The notes under the pieces: generated by a model
The model's input: only the letters and a program-made list of their open reading frames with translations
Database searches by the model: none
What the model was told of the DNA's origin: nothing
Shown: in pieces, positions 13,520 to 29,367 of the stretch
Numbering within the stretch: the stretch's first letter is position 1
Layout of the letters: each line of letters starts with the position of its first letter
From: Octopus vulgaris
Taxonomy: Eukaryota
NCBI GenBank assembly: GCA_951406725.2
Contig: OX597841.1
Span: forward strand, 15,996,001-16,060,000
DNA: 64,000 nucleotides
Direction of reading: 5' to 3'
Translations under genes and position numbers: made by a program

Positions 13520-14400
13520 AGAGCAGTGGCTGTGGTGGTGGTGGTGTTGGTAGAAAGTGAAAGTGAAAGTAGAGAGTTAGATTGAGAAAATGTGATGAGG
13601 GCGATATGTGGGTATGAGTGGAATTTGACTTTTGTTGTTGTTGTTGGTGGTGGTTTGTGGTGGTGGTGGTAGCGGCGGGTTTAATGTTGGTTTTGGTTGA
13701 AATGGTGGTGGTGGAGGTGCTGTTGATGGTGGTGATAGTGGTAGTGGTGATGATGTAAGTGGTGGTGGCGGTGGTGGTCTTGGTGGTGGTGGTGGCGGTG
13801 CTGGTGGTGGTGGTGCTGGTGGTGGTGGTATTGGTAGTTAAGTTAGTGGTGATTGTGGTGGAGCTTGTGTTTTTCGTGGCAATAGTCTCGTGGTAGTGAT
13901 GTTAGTGTCGGTGTTAATGTTGCTTATAGTGGTAGAGGTGGTGGTGGTGGTGGTGGTGGTGGTGGTGGTGGTGGTGGTGGTGGTGGTGGTGGTGGTGGTG
14001 GTGGTGGCAGTGGAGGATATGATGCCGGTCGCTTTATTAGTGGTAGTGCTGTTGATGGCTTGGTGGTGGTAGTAGTAGTTGTAGTAGTGGTGGTAGTGGT
14101 GATACTGGTGGTGGCGGTGATAGTATTGGTAGTGGTGGTGGTGGTAGTGATAGTCATGGCAGTGTTGGCGCTGCTGCCGCGGATTCTGCAGAGGCGGCCG
14201 CCTTGTTGTTGCTGTTAGTGTTGGTGGTGATGGTGGTATTGGTGGTGGTGGTGGTGGTGGTGGTGGTGGTGGTGGTGGTGGTGCTACAACTGATGATGAT
14301 GATTGGGTTGGTGATGGTGACGTTGATGTAATATTTGATGTAGCTGATTTGGTGGTGGTGGTGATGGTGGCGCTGATGATGGTAACGGTGCCGGCTAATG
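13520..14400. repeat. (GGT)n-rich degenerate array
   Basis: Direct inspection. Confidence 0.85.
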
Positions 14401-14559
14401 AGGGGTGATGGGCGAGGACGGCGGGGGATGAAGGTAAAATAGCTGCAGTGGTGCTGCTATTTCCTGGCGTTTTTGAAAATGTAATTCCTTGATTCTATAG
14501 AAAAAAGCTGAGAAACATTCTACAATAACATCGCATTTATTTATGACGATGTGAAAGCC

Positions 14560-15419
<860 letters not shown>

Positions 15420-15488
15420 AGGAATCTGTGGAGGGTTTTGTGGAATTCTCGAAGAGATTTCGCCGCAAAAGGCCAGAACTCTTTCATG

Positions 15489-16196
15489 AAGTTTGCTATG
15501 CAATAACTTTCGGTGTTAACAGGTTCAAAATCGCTGCAGAATCTTATGAAATGCTCCAGATTGCTTAAGGATTAACTTGCATGAGCTGAGCATCTGTTTT
15601 TCGTTGGCACAAGCGACCACCAAAGTCTACTGGGAAGCTCATGATAACCCCCTTTTTCGACAGTAAGGGCATCATCTATATCCAGTATGTTCCCTCTGGT
15701 CAGACGATCAACAAAGTGAAATCTGTGGAGGTTTTGAGGGAATTCTCGAAGAGATTTCGCCGCTGAAGGCCAGAACTCTTCCATTAGTGTCGACAAAGCA
15801 CCAGTCTACTGTTCTGTCCGAGTAACCAGCGTCTTGATAATGATGGACATGAAAACTGTACCTCACATTCCACACCCCAACAGTCCACACGTTGACCCCA
15901 TGCTGAAAGAGATGAAGGGAGTTGTGACAAGAGTCCAGGATACCTATTTCTTTACTGCTATAAAAGGGCTACACACAGAGGAGACAAACAAGGACAGACA
16001 AACGGATTAAGTCGATTATACGCCCAGTGCGTAACTGGTACTTATTTAATCGACCCCGAAAGGATGAAAGGCAAAGTCGACCTCGGTGGTCCAGGATACC
16101 TTCACTTTGGGGGACTCCCGTGGGGCTGTCACTAAGTGGTTGGGGCGCTACAACAAATGCAGTGAAATCAGACGATACTAATTTGAAGGAGGTTAG
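15489..16196 (+). pseudogene. Internally deleted, decayed mariner (Tc1/mariner) transposase
   Basis: KIAAESYEMLQIA*G.TCMS*ASVFRWHKR (HTH) joined to KLMITPFFDSKGII...GQTINK...RPELF, DKAPVY, PHPNSPHVDP (YSPDLAP-like) and KWLGRYNKC...FEG; interrupted at 15940-16088. Confidence 0.85.
15940..16088 (-). mobile_element. SINE B body/tail fragment inserted in the mariner
   Basis: Matches the unit at 62913-63096; flanked by the direct repeat gtccaggatacct (15933-15945, 16089-16101). Confidence 0.85.
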
Positions 16197-16436
16197 ACTT
16201 TTGTACTTCTTTGAAATTGATAAATGCCGTTCATGGAAAAGCTACCAACCGCTTTGCCTGCAACACCAGGGCGGGGCTGAAGCCAAAATCAAAAATGGTG
16301 TTCGAAAATCTTCGAAGGGACAAAATGCAAAACACATAGAACAGGTTCCGGTGCCGTATCGGGGTCGTGATGGAAGTTGAAGGACGGAAACTTCGAATAA
16401 ATTTTCATCTCCCAGGCGAAATTTATTTACTCTCTC

Positions 16437-16705
16437 TCTTTACTCTTTTACTCTTTTACTCTTTTACTCTTTTACTTGTTTCAGTCATTTGACTGCGGCC
16501 ATGCTGGAGCACCGCCTTTAATCGAGCAAATCGACCGCAGGACTTATTTTTTTGTAAGCCCAGTACTTATTCTATCGGTCTCTTCTGCCGAACCGCTAAG
16601 TGACGGGGACATAAACACACCAGCATTGGTTGTCAAGCAATGCTAGGTGGACGAACACAGACACACAAACACACACACGCACATACATACATATATATAT
16701 ATATG

Positions 16706-16794
<89 letters not shown>

Positions 16795-16956
16795 GACGGG
16801 CTTCTTTCAGTTTCCATCTACCAAATCCACTCACAATTCTTTGGCCGGCCCGAGGCTATAGTGAAAGGCACTTGCCCAAGATTCCACGCAGTGGCACTGA
16901 ACCCGGAACCATGTGGTTGGTAAGCAAGCTACTTACCACAGAGCTACTCCTGCACC
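16437..16956 (-). mobile_element. SINE A, full length
   Basis: Complete family match with a (TTTTACTC)n tail. Confidence 0.9.
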
Positions 16957-17134
16957 TATTTGATTTTTTTTTTTTTTTTTTTGATTTTGTAAAAATCCTT
17001 TTACTTTCTCTACATACAAACTGTCAAATTTAGCCCGAACACTGTTTGTGTCTCAATAGATCTATAAGGGACCCATTCTCCTGATCTGCAGGCGCAGCGC
17101 CCGTGGTTTAACAATACAAACTACTACAGCAACG

Positions 17135-17535
17135 TTTCCACCACCATCGCCACCACCACCCCCACTACCACTACCATCACTACAACCATCACACCGACAT
17201 CATCATCACTATCACCACCACCATTACCACCACCACCAACAGCAACACCAACACCACTACTACCACAACTGCTACAACCACCATTACCGTCACCACTGCC
17301 ATCATCACCACCACTACCACCACCATCACCACCACCATCACCATCACCGCCATCGCCTCTACAACCACCATCACCACCACCATCACCACCACCACCACCA
17401 TCACCACCTCTACAACCACCATCACCACCATCACCATCATCACCACCATCACCATCATCACCACTATCACCACCATCACCATCACCATCACCATCACCAC
17501 CTCTACAACCACCATCACCACCACCATCACTACTG
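17135..17535. repeat. (CAC/CAT)n degenerate array
   Basis: Direct inspection. Confidence 0.85.
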
Positions 17536-18153
17536 TACATCTGTTTGGCTCTTTGAGTCTTACACTCCTACATGCCCCCCCTGTCGTGGGTAAACACAAG
17601 TCGACCCGTGCACCAAAACCCTTCGTCAAACGGACCCGTTGGGATCCCCACCCCCACCCCCACCCCCACCCCCACAACCGCTGCCCTTCCAAGTGCTGTA
17701 TGGGATTGTAATGAACAGCAATAGAAATAATGCCAGCATGTGAGGCCCCAAAATCTTAGTTATAGCAGCCAAACATTCCTTAAATCACACCCTGTTGTCA
17801 AGGCAATAAGTGAAAACTCGACATGGTAGCTAGTCTTGTTAGAAACAATAGTCAAATCACCCGCAAAGCAGACCTTCCTGTTTTATGATCGTACCAGCTG
17901 GCTCTGTGCCATCAAAAATGACGGCTAGTAAACGTCTAGCGTCTTACTAAATCGAGAACACAGATTTCGTGGTTAGACAGTTTGACGTCTATTTTTAGCA
18001 TCCGTGGAATCCACATAGTGATCTCATATATCTCATTCGGAGATTCATTATTGCTTGTTAACACTTTTTTCGAGATCAGTGACTTTTCGTCACTGGAAAA
18101 GGGATAAATGTGTTTGCATTGGGACCCCTTCGCATCGAAAACCGGTGATTGTC

Positions 18154-18196
18154 GTGCGCTGACGACGGGTAAATATCCAGAAACCCGGGTCCGTGC
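18154..18196 (+). ncRNA. Type I hammerhead ribozyme motif
   Basis: gtgcg-CTGACGA-c-gggt.aaat.atcc-a-GAAA-cccggg-TC-cgtgc; palindromic helix III ACCCGGGT, GUC triplet. Confidence 0.75.
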
Positions 18197-18413
18197 GTAT
18201 CACGTCAGATCGACGATGGGAAGGATGGCTTCCCTTTGCAAATACTGATAGGGCACAGAAGGTGCGTCAATAGCCAGCTGGAGGAGGTGTCCTCCCGGGG
18301 CTACAAGCTACAGTAGCATCCACCCTTAGGGGTTAACCACATTTAAGTGGCAAATATACTTCACATTGTCCTGCAGCTACTGTTTATACCTCGCTCAGAG
18401 ATTTATTATTGAT

Positions 18414-18962
<549 letters not shown>

Positions 18963-19100
18963 TATGTTTACACTTTTTCGATATCAGTGTCTTTACGTCA
19001 CTAGAAAAAGGATATATATTTGCAAGGGGAACCTACTTTTCCTCGACAACCGTGATTGTCACACGCTAATATAAAACGACTGCAGTTGAAAGGCATATAT

Positions 19101-19246
19101 AGGTGCAGGAGTGGCTGTGTAGTAAGTAGCTTGCTTACCAGCAACGTGGTTCCGGGTTCAATACCACTGCGTGGCACCTTGGGCAAGTGTCTTCTACTAT
19201 AGCCCCGAGCCGACCAAAGCCCCTCAGTGGATTTGGTAGACGGAAA
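19101..19246 (+). mobile_element. SINE A 5-prime half
   Basis: ggtgcaggagtggctgtg...gatttggtagacggaaa. Confidence 0.85.
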
Positions 19247-19706
19247 TTCCTTCAACGAAATCCCTTCCTTCAAAAGAGAATTCCAGAATGGTCGCAATTC
19301 AATGATATAAAAAACGTGTACAAAAAAACAACATAAGTACAAGGTTACCAATCCAATCGGAAGAATGGTAGGGGTGGTGGTGGTGGTGGAATTGATGGTT
19401 ATAGTATAACTATGCAAAATAACAAATGACATTGTTTTTTGACGAACGTCATCAGATATAACAGCAATGACTCCATTTTGACATTTTGCGGAGGTTGTCA
19501 CGTGATGTGACATCATTTGCATTAATGTATATGCTGTTTTCTTTTCTTTTTTTTTTTCTTAGAATATTTTTTTCTCTATTTAATCACGTACACACAAAGC
19601 TATATATATGCATAAATACATACATACATACATACATACATACATACACACATACATACACACATACATACATGCATATATATACATATATATATGTAAG
19701 TAAGTA

Positions 19707-19760
<54 letters not shown>

Positions 19761-19846
19761 TATATACTTACATACATATACAGATAAACATAAATATACA
19801 TGCTTACACACGCACACAGACACTCACACAAACATAACAGCATACG

Positions 19847-19940
<94 letters not shown>

Positions 19941-20133
19941 GATATATATTTATGTATGTATATCGATATATACATATATAAAAATAAGTATATACATTCA
20001 TATATACACTTACATATGTATTTACGTATTTACATATTTTTCGACGAACATTACGTCAGCCATTGGTTTGTTGATGTAATATGCACCCTCTCTCCCACCC
20101 ACCCACCCACCCCGTCATACGCATGTATGCATA

Positions 20134-20269
<136 letters not shown>

Positions 20270-20435
20270 GTGTATACATGTGTGTGTGTGTGCGTGTATT
20301 CCGGTGCGTATATGGTCCTATTTCTATTTAACTGACAGTTTGTGTAAATATTTTAAGCATAAACGTCAGCTTGTAATTACTTTATGCATTCCTTAAACGG
20401 ACAATAAATAGGCAGATATGAGCAATCATAAAACA

Positions 20436-20504
<69 letters not shown>

Positions 20505-20529
20505 ATACACAGATACACACACACACAGA

Positions 20530-20695
20530 GGTGAAGAAATGGTTCTGTGGTAAGAAGCTTGTTTTCTAAACACATGATTCCGGGTTCAGTACCACTGCGT
20601 AGCACCTTGCTCGAGTGTCTTCTACTATAGCCTCGGGTTGACCAAAGTCATGTGGGTGTATTTGGTAGACAGAAACTGAAAGAAGCCTGTCGTAT
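20530..20695 (+). mobile_element. SINE A 5-prime half, diverged
   Basis: tgtggtaagaagcttg..ccgggttcagtaccactgcg..aaactgaaagaagcc. Confidence 0.75.
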
Positions 20696-20768
20696 ATGTG
20701 TGTGTGTGTGTGTATGTGTATATATGTTATGTATATGTATACATGTATATATATATATATATATATGT

Positions 20769-20831
<63 letters not shown>

Positions 20832-20886
20832 TGAGAAATTGTAATTCTGAAAGGGAATGAAAAATTAAAACATTTACCCTATTTTC

Positions 20887-20961
20887 CCTGGACTATGCAT
20901 GGTTTCAAGCAATCTGTTGTAAATAAAATAATTTACAATTGGCGAAGCTCTCTTCAGCAGG
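20887..20961 (-). ncRNA. Type I hammerhead ribozyme motif
   Basis: Minus strand: cctg-CTGAAGA-gagc..ttgtaaat/atttacaa..gctt-GAAA-ccatgcatag-TC-cagg; GUC triplet; (TA)n about 55 nt downstream. Confidence 0.7.
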
Positions 20962-21307
20962 AAGCCAAGATTAACATATAAATACTAGGCGATAAAGAAT
21001 ATACCTCGTGTTTATATAACAGCTCTATCACAATTTACCATGGTTCGATTCCTGTGAGTTCTCTGACGGGTCACCCAGCCTGCATGACTCAAGTACCTCC
21101 TCCCACAAACCACACACAAAAAGCCACACTCCCTCATTCCCCACAAGCTCATACCTTCTAAGCCTTCGAATTTTCTCGTGTTTCACTTTCTTTCTCTCTC
21201 TCTCTCTCTCCGTCAAACCTCGAACTGGGCATTCTCTTCCGCCATCCATCTCGTACAGCTATGTTGATGCAAACAGCGAAAAAAAGAAAACTCGAAATAT
21301 ATATATA

Positions 21308-21664
21308 TGGCTGTGTGGTAAGTAGCTTGCTAACCAACCACACGGTTGCGGGTTCAGTCCCACTGCGCGGCATCTTGGGCAAGTGTCTTCTGCTATAGCC
21401 CCGGGCCGACCAATGCCTTGTGAGTGGATTTGGTAGACGGAAACTGAAAGAAGCCTGTCGTATATATGTATTTATATGTATATGTGTGTGTGTTTGTGTG
21501 TCTGTGTTTGTCCCCCTAGCATTGCTTGACAACCGATGCTGGTGTGTTTAGGTCCCCGTCACTTAGCGGTTCGGCAAAAAGAGACCGATAGAATAAGTAC
21601 TAAAAGGTGGTGCTCCAGCATGGCCGCAGTCAAAATGACTGAAACAAGTAAAAGAGTAAAAGAG
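21308..21664 (+). mobile_element. SINE A with internal deletion in the 3-prime half
   Basis: Family match; the segment between aagtact and aaggtggtgctcc is missing. Confidence 0.85.
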
Positions 21665-21675
21665 TATATATATAT

Positions 21676-22413
21676 TTACTTGTTTTCAGACTACAGCAAT
21701 GCTGAAGCACTGGCTTTTGGTCGAACAATTCGATCCCAGCACTTATTCAATCGGGGTTCTTTTTTGGGGGGCGAACAGCTAAGCTACAGCACCGGTTGTC
21801 AAGTGATGGGGGGGGGACAAAAACAGACACACAAATACAAACACACACACACACACACACACACACTATATCACCAACCCCCTTTCACACGTACATGCAT
21901 ACTCTCTTATACACACACGCACCTTTGTGTTGGAGGCACCTTCGTATTGGAAATCGCTTGACCCTGTTATCTCCCCTACTGTCCCTCTCGTGTCTGACCA
22001 CTGTCCGAAGTCAGGACGCCATGATAGATCGTTAGCTCCTACACGCATTTTTTTCTCTCCTTGTTTCTCTCCTTGTTTTTTTTCTGTGTAGCTTTCTGTC
22101 GAAGAGCGTAGGCTCGAAACGTAAAAGACTTTTCTATTTCTATTCCTGAGCGCTATACTAATACATTTGTTTGTTTGTACTCCACCTGCCTTCGTCTTTT
22201 GTTTATTATCGTAAACTTTGCATTTACATATATGTATATATGTATATATACGGCGGGTTTCTTTCAGTTTCCGTCTCCCAAATCTACTCACAGTGCTTTG
22301 GTTGGCCCGAGGCTAGAGTGGAAGTAACTTGCACAAGGTGCCACGCAGTGGGATTGAACCCGGAACCGTGTGGTTGGGAAGCATGCTGCTTACCAGGCAG
22401 CCAATCCTGCGCC
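21676..22413 (-). mobile_element. Old SINE A split by an insertion in its internal microsatellite
   Basis: 3-prime half at 21676-21845 and 5-prime half at 22248-22413. Confidence 0.65.
22016..22220 (+). mobile_element. Family F element with minimal hammerhead at 22092-22127
   Basis: cttt-CTGTCGA-a-gagc.gtag.gctc-GAAA-cg-TA-aaag. Confidence 0.7.
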
Positions 22414-22511
22414 TGTGTATGTGTTTATTAATATTTAGCGGAAGCAACAGAGTGACTCAAGGTTCGAGAGTTTCGTGCGTTGTCACTTATGTATACATGC
22501 AGAGATAGACC

Positions 22512-22544
<33 letters not shown>

Positions 22545-22701
22545 CACGCACAAAAAACATACACACAGGAAGCACATCACCACACACGCAAACACACATC
22601 ACACACACACTCATCACACGCACGCCACATACACACACTACACACACACACACCACACACATACACACAACACACAAACACAACACACGCAACACACAAA
22701 C

Positions 22702-22732
<31 letters not shown>

Positions 22733-23167
22733 TACACACACACATATACACACGCACACACATACACGCACACACACAAACACACTCACACATATGCACA
22801 CACAAACACACATACACACACACATGTACACACACACACGCACACATAAACACACACATATACACACACATACACATTCACACACAGAGAAACTCGCAGA
22901 CACACGCGCCGACACACACAGACACACACACACACGTGACACAAAAGACCCGGGCCTGAACCTGGCCGACGTTTTCCTGTGACCTCCACAGGTCACACAC
23001 TCCGCCGTCCCCCCCCCCCCCGCCCTCCCTCCCTCCTTCCTTCACTCCCCCCACCGTCACCACTACCGCCATCGTCCCAGGACAATGGCGGACACCAGGA
23101 AGCAAATGACCGGAAGGAAGCCATTCGCTTTCGTTTGCTACGGCTTGCCGAGGATTATACTAAGCTA

Positions 23168-24000
<833 letters not shown>

Positions 24001-24429
24001 TAAAGTGTACACACTTATATACACACAGGAATACACTGATGTAAACACAAACCATATACACACGCATATCAAGACACACTCACACACGCTCAGTCATACA
24101 GACACATATATACACAAACACACACTAACACAATCACAAACACACACATGCAAATACACACACGTGCACACACATTCACTCTCTACTGTGTGTATGTTAT
24201 TCTTGTAAATTTTCTTTCGACAATTTTGGAGTGGCCACTTGGTGAATGACGTCACGAAGTGTTACTATTAATATTGTTGCGCATAGTATATATATATATA
24301 TATATATATATACATCTATATAGATATACCCATATGTATGTATATGCCTGTTTATATATATATATATATATGAATCATATATATACATTTATATATATAT
24401 GTATGTATGTATATATATATATATATATA

Positions 24430-27165
24430 TATATACATACCTAAATACGTACATACATACGTACATACAAACATACACATGTACATACATACACACATAC
24501 ATACATACGTAGGTACGCACGTACATACATGCATACATATATATATATACACACCTACATACACGCACACATGCATACTTGATACACACATACTTTCATT
24601 CATACATACATACATACATACATACATACATACATACATACATACATGCATACATACATACATACATACATACATGCATACATACATACATACATACATA
24701 CATACATGCATACATACATGCATACATACATACATACATACATGCATACAATCACACATACATACATACATACATACACACATACTTTCATTCATACATA
24801 CATACATGCATGCATGCATACATACATACATACATACATACATACATACATACATACATGCATACATACATACATACATACATACATACATACACACATA
24901 CCATACATACATACATACATACATACATACATACATACATACATACATACATACATACATACATACATACATACATACATACATACATACATACATACAT
25001 ACATACATACATACATACATACATACATACATGCATGCATGCATACATACATACATACATACATACATACATACATACACACATACTTTCATACATACAT
25101 ACATACATACATACATACATACATACATACATGCATACATACATACATGCATGCATGCATACATACATACATACATACATACATACATACATACACACAT
25201 ACTTTCATACATACATACATACATACATACATACATACATACATACATACATGCATACATACATACATACATACATACATACATACATACATACATACAT
25301 ACATACATACATACATACATACATACATACATACATGCATGCATGCATACATACATACATACATACATACATACATACATACATACATACATACATACAT
25401 ACATACATACATACATACATACATACATACATACATACATACATACATACATACATGCATGCATGCATACATACATACATACATACATACATACATACAT
25501 ACACACATACATACATACATACATACATACATACATACATACATACATACATACATACATACATACATACATACATACATACATACATACATACATACAT
25601 ACATACATACATACATACATACATACATACATACATACATACATACATACATACATACATACATACATACATACATACATACATACATACATACATACAT
25701 ACATACATACATACATACATACATACATACATACATACATACATACATACATACATACATACATACATACATACATACATACATACATACATACATACAT
25801 ACATACATACATGCATGCATACATACATACATACATACATACATACATACATACATACATACATACATACATACATACATACATACATACATACATACAT
25901 ACATACATACATACATACATACATACATACATACATACATACATACATACATACATACATACATACATACATACATACATGCATGCATGCATACATACAT
26001 ACATACATACATACATACATACATACATACATACATGCATGCATACATACATACATACATACATACATACATACATACATACATACATACATACATACAT
26101 ACATACATACATACATACATACATACATACATACATACATGCATACAATCACACATACATACATACATACATACACACATACTTTCATTCATACATACAT
26201 ACATGCATGCATGCATACATACATACATACATACATACATACATACATACATGCATGCATACATACATACATACATACATACATACATACACACATACTT
26301 TCATACATACATACATACATACATACATACATACATACATACATACATACATACATACATACATACATACATACATACATACATACATACATACATACAT
26401 ACATACATACATACATACATACATACATGCATGCATGCATACATACATACATACATACATACATACATACATACACACATACATACATACATACATACAT
26501 ACATACATACATACATACATACATACATACATACATGCATGCATACATACATACATACATACATACATACATACATACACACATACTTTCATACATACAT
26601 ACATACATACATACATACATACATACATACATACATACATACATACATACATACATACATACATACATACATACATACATACATACATACATACATACAT
26701 ACATACATACATGCATGCATGCATACATACATACATACATACATACATACATACATACACACATACTTTCATACATACATACATACATACATACATACAT
26801 ACATACATACATGCATACATACATGCATACATACATACATACATACATACATACATACATACATACATACATACATACATACATACATACATACATACAT
26901 GCATGCATGCATACATACATACATACATACATACATACATACATACATACATACATACATACATACATACATACATACATACATACATACATACATACAT
27001 ACATACATACATACATACATACATACATACATACATACATACATACATACATACATACATACATACATACATACATACATGCATGCATGCATACATACAT
27101 ACATACATACATACATACATACATACATACATACATACATACATACATACATACATACATACATA
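24430..27165. repeat. (CATA)n array of about 2.7 kb
   Basis: Direct inspection; interspersed CATG and cacatactttc variants. Confidence 0.97.
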
Positions 27166-27403
27166 AACATACTGCCTAAATGCAAATCTTGAGAAATTAG
27201 TCTTCTCAAAATCAGAAAGGAGAAAGCTAATTCGATGACCACAGATCTAATCCATCAGTGGAACTGTAAAAATCTGTAAAACTTTCCAGAAGTTTATCAT
27301 TTCAATATAAACGAGCATGTTTCGATATGTAGCTATATGCATGAGAATATATACATAAAGCAAAATATACAAATCTGCACATATACATACATACACACAC
27401 ACA

Positions 27404-27445
<42 letters not shown>

Positions 27446-27451
27446 CATACA

Positions 27452-27951
27452 TCTTTATATATAAAAGTGAACTTGTGTGTCCGTCTCCTACGATTTAGAT
27501 TCCTAACTACTCCCACATTTTGCGGTGCAGTTTAACCAAAACCGGGTATCTTATAGTCGTGATTCATATCGAGCCCTGCTGGGTATTAGCGCGCGTCTAC
27601 GATGAGTCTACGATTTTAAAAAAAAATTTACCATTATTTTTTTCCATTTTAATGCATTTTTTCGCTATTATATAAGGGAAGTAACTCTCTAAAAATGTCT
27701 ACGATGAGTCTACGATTTAAAAAAAAAAATTACCATCATTTTTTTCCATTTTAATGCATTTTTCGCTATTATATACGGGAAGTAACTCTCTAAAAATGTC
27801 TACGATGAGTCAACAATTTTAAAAAATATTTACTGTCATTTTTTTTTTCATTTTTAATGCATTTGTTTGCTATTTTTTGGCTATAACTCTATAAAAGTGC
27901 TTATATAGTTATTTCCCTTACAAACCCGAGCAACGCCGGGCGGTACTGCTA

Positions 27952-27952
<1 letters not shown>
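27452..27952 (+). mobile_element. Non-autonomous Helitron with internal ~102-bp tandem repeats
   Basis: 5-prime A|TC start, subterminal hairpin cccgagcaacgccggg, 3-prime CTAG|T end, no TSD; gtctacgatgag units at 27595, 27697 and 27798. Confidence 0.85.
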
Positions 27953-28015
<63 letters not shown>

Positions 28016-28169
28016 ATATGTATAGATAGAGACAGCCAAGCAGACATTCCCATATTAAAACACTTGTGTTTAAATATGTTTGTTTTACGTTTATCACTTC
28101 ACCCCTGAACACAATTTTAGATCAGGGTTATGCGTGTGTATGTGTGTGTGCGCTAGTGTTAGTGGAGAT

Positions 28170-28458
28170 AGTGGGTGATGGTGGTGGTGGTGGTGGTGGT
28201 GGTGGTGGAGTAGGAGTTAGTAATAATGGGTGTGGTTGTGGTGGCGAGATTGGAGGTGATGTTGGGGATGAGGATGACGACGACGACGACGACGACGACG
28301 ATGATGATGACGCTAATCAAGATGACGATGACGATGATGATGATGGTGATGATGATGATGACGACGACGACGACGATGATGATGATGATGATGATGATGA
28401 TAACGACGTTGATGATGGTTATGATGACGACGACGTCGATGATGATGTTGGTGATGAC

Positions 28459-28493
<35 letters not shown>

Positions 28494-28542
28494 CGATGAT
28501 GATGATGATGTTGGTGATGATGATGACGACGACGACGACGAC

Positions 28543-28580
<38 letters not shown>

Positions 28581-28786
28581 CGATGATGATGATGATGTTG
28601 GTGATGATGATGACGACGACGACGACGATGATGATGATGACGATGATAGTGTTGGTGAAGTTGGTGGCGGTGACCCCGTTGGAGAGAGAGCAATGGTGGC
28701 GGCGATTCGAAAGATGATGGTGATGGTGATGGTGATGGTGATGGTGATGGTGATGGTGATGGTGATGGTGATGGTGATGGTGATGG
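28170..28786. repeat. (GAT/GAC)n and (GGTGAT)n array
   Basis: Direct inspection; the poly-Asp ORF is a repeat translation. Confidence 0.9.
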
Positions 28787-28829
28787 CTGGGTACTTCGTT
28801 TAATGGCTTAGTAAGAAGAACCAACGCAA

Positions 28830-29326
28830 GTTCGAGTCATTGTTGTTCAGTCTGGTGACTTGTATGACTCCAGGCCTCTGAGAGCAGAGCGAGTGGGGCG
28901 CCCCCTGATGGACAGGCCAATGGATGGTGGCCAGACTACTATGGATCGCCCCTTCCCATGAGGTAAAAACTGACTTACATAGAGCCAAGATCCCTCCCTA
29001 AAAGAGAAAACAAAAAGCAGTCACTGAAGCACGAGGACAAGTGGAAATCCACCGAGATTTGTGAGGGAAGCGGGTGAAAGGGAGCCCTAAATATCTGGAG
29101 GAGGGATTGTGGGGCAGAGCTGAAGAAGCAGGGATCCAACTATGGACAGGCAGGAGTAGTAGTAGTCGCAGGAGTGGCTGTGTGGTAAGTAGCTTGCTAA
29201 CCAACCACATGGTTCCGGGTTCAGTCCCACTGCGTGGCACCTTGGGCAAGTGTCTTCTACTATAGCCTCGGGCCGACCAATGCCTTGTGAGTGGATTTGG
29301 TAGACGGAAACTGAAAGAAGCCCGTC

Positions 29327-29367
<41 letters not shown>

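Noticed and set aside
19420-19462. Minus-strand CTGATGA near aaaacaatgtc
   Set aside because: No GAAA and no consistent helices.
24352-27192. ORFs of 600-900 aa (HTYI/MYVC repeats)
   Set aside because: Translations of the stop-free (CATA)n array.
28066-28803. Poly-Asp ORF (also 38105-38743)
   Set aside because: (GAT)n microsatellite; the two copies differ by frame-shifting indels.
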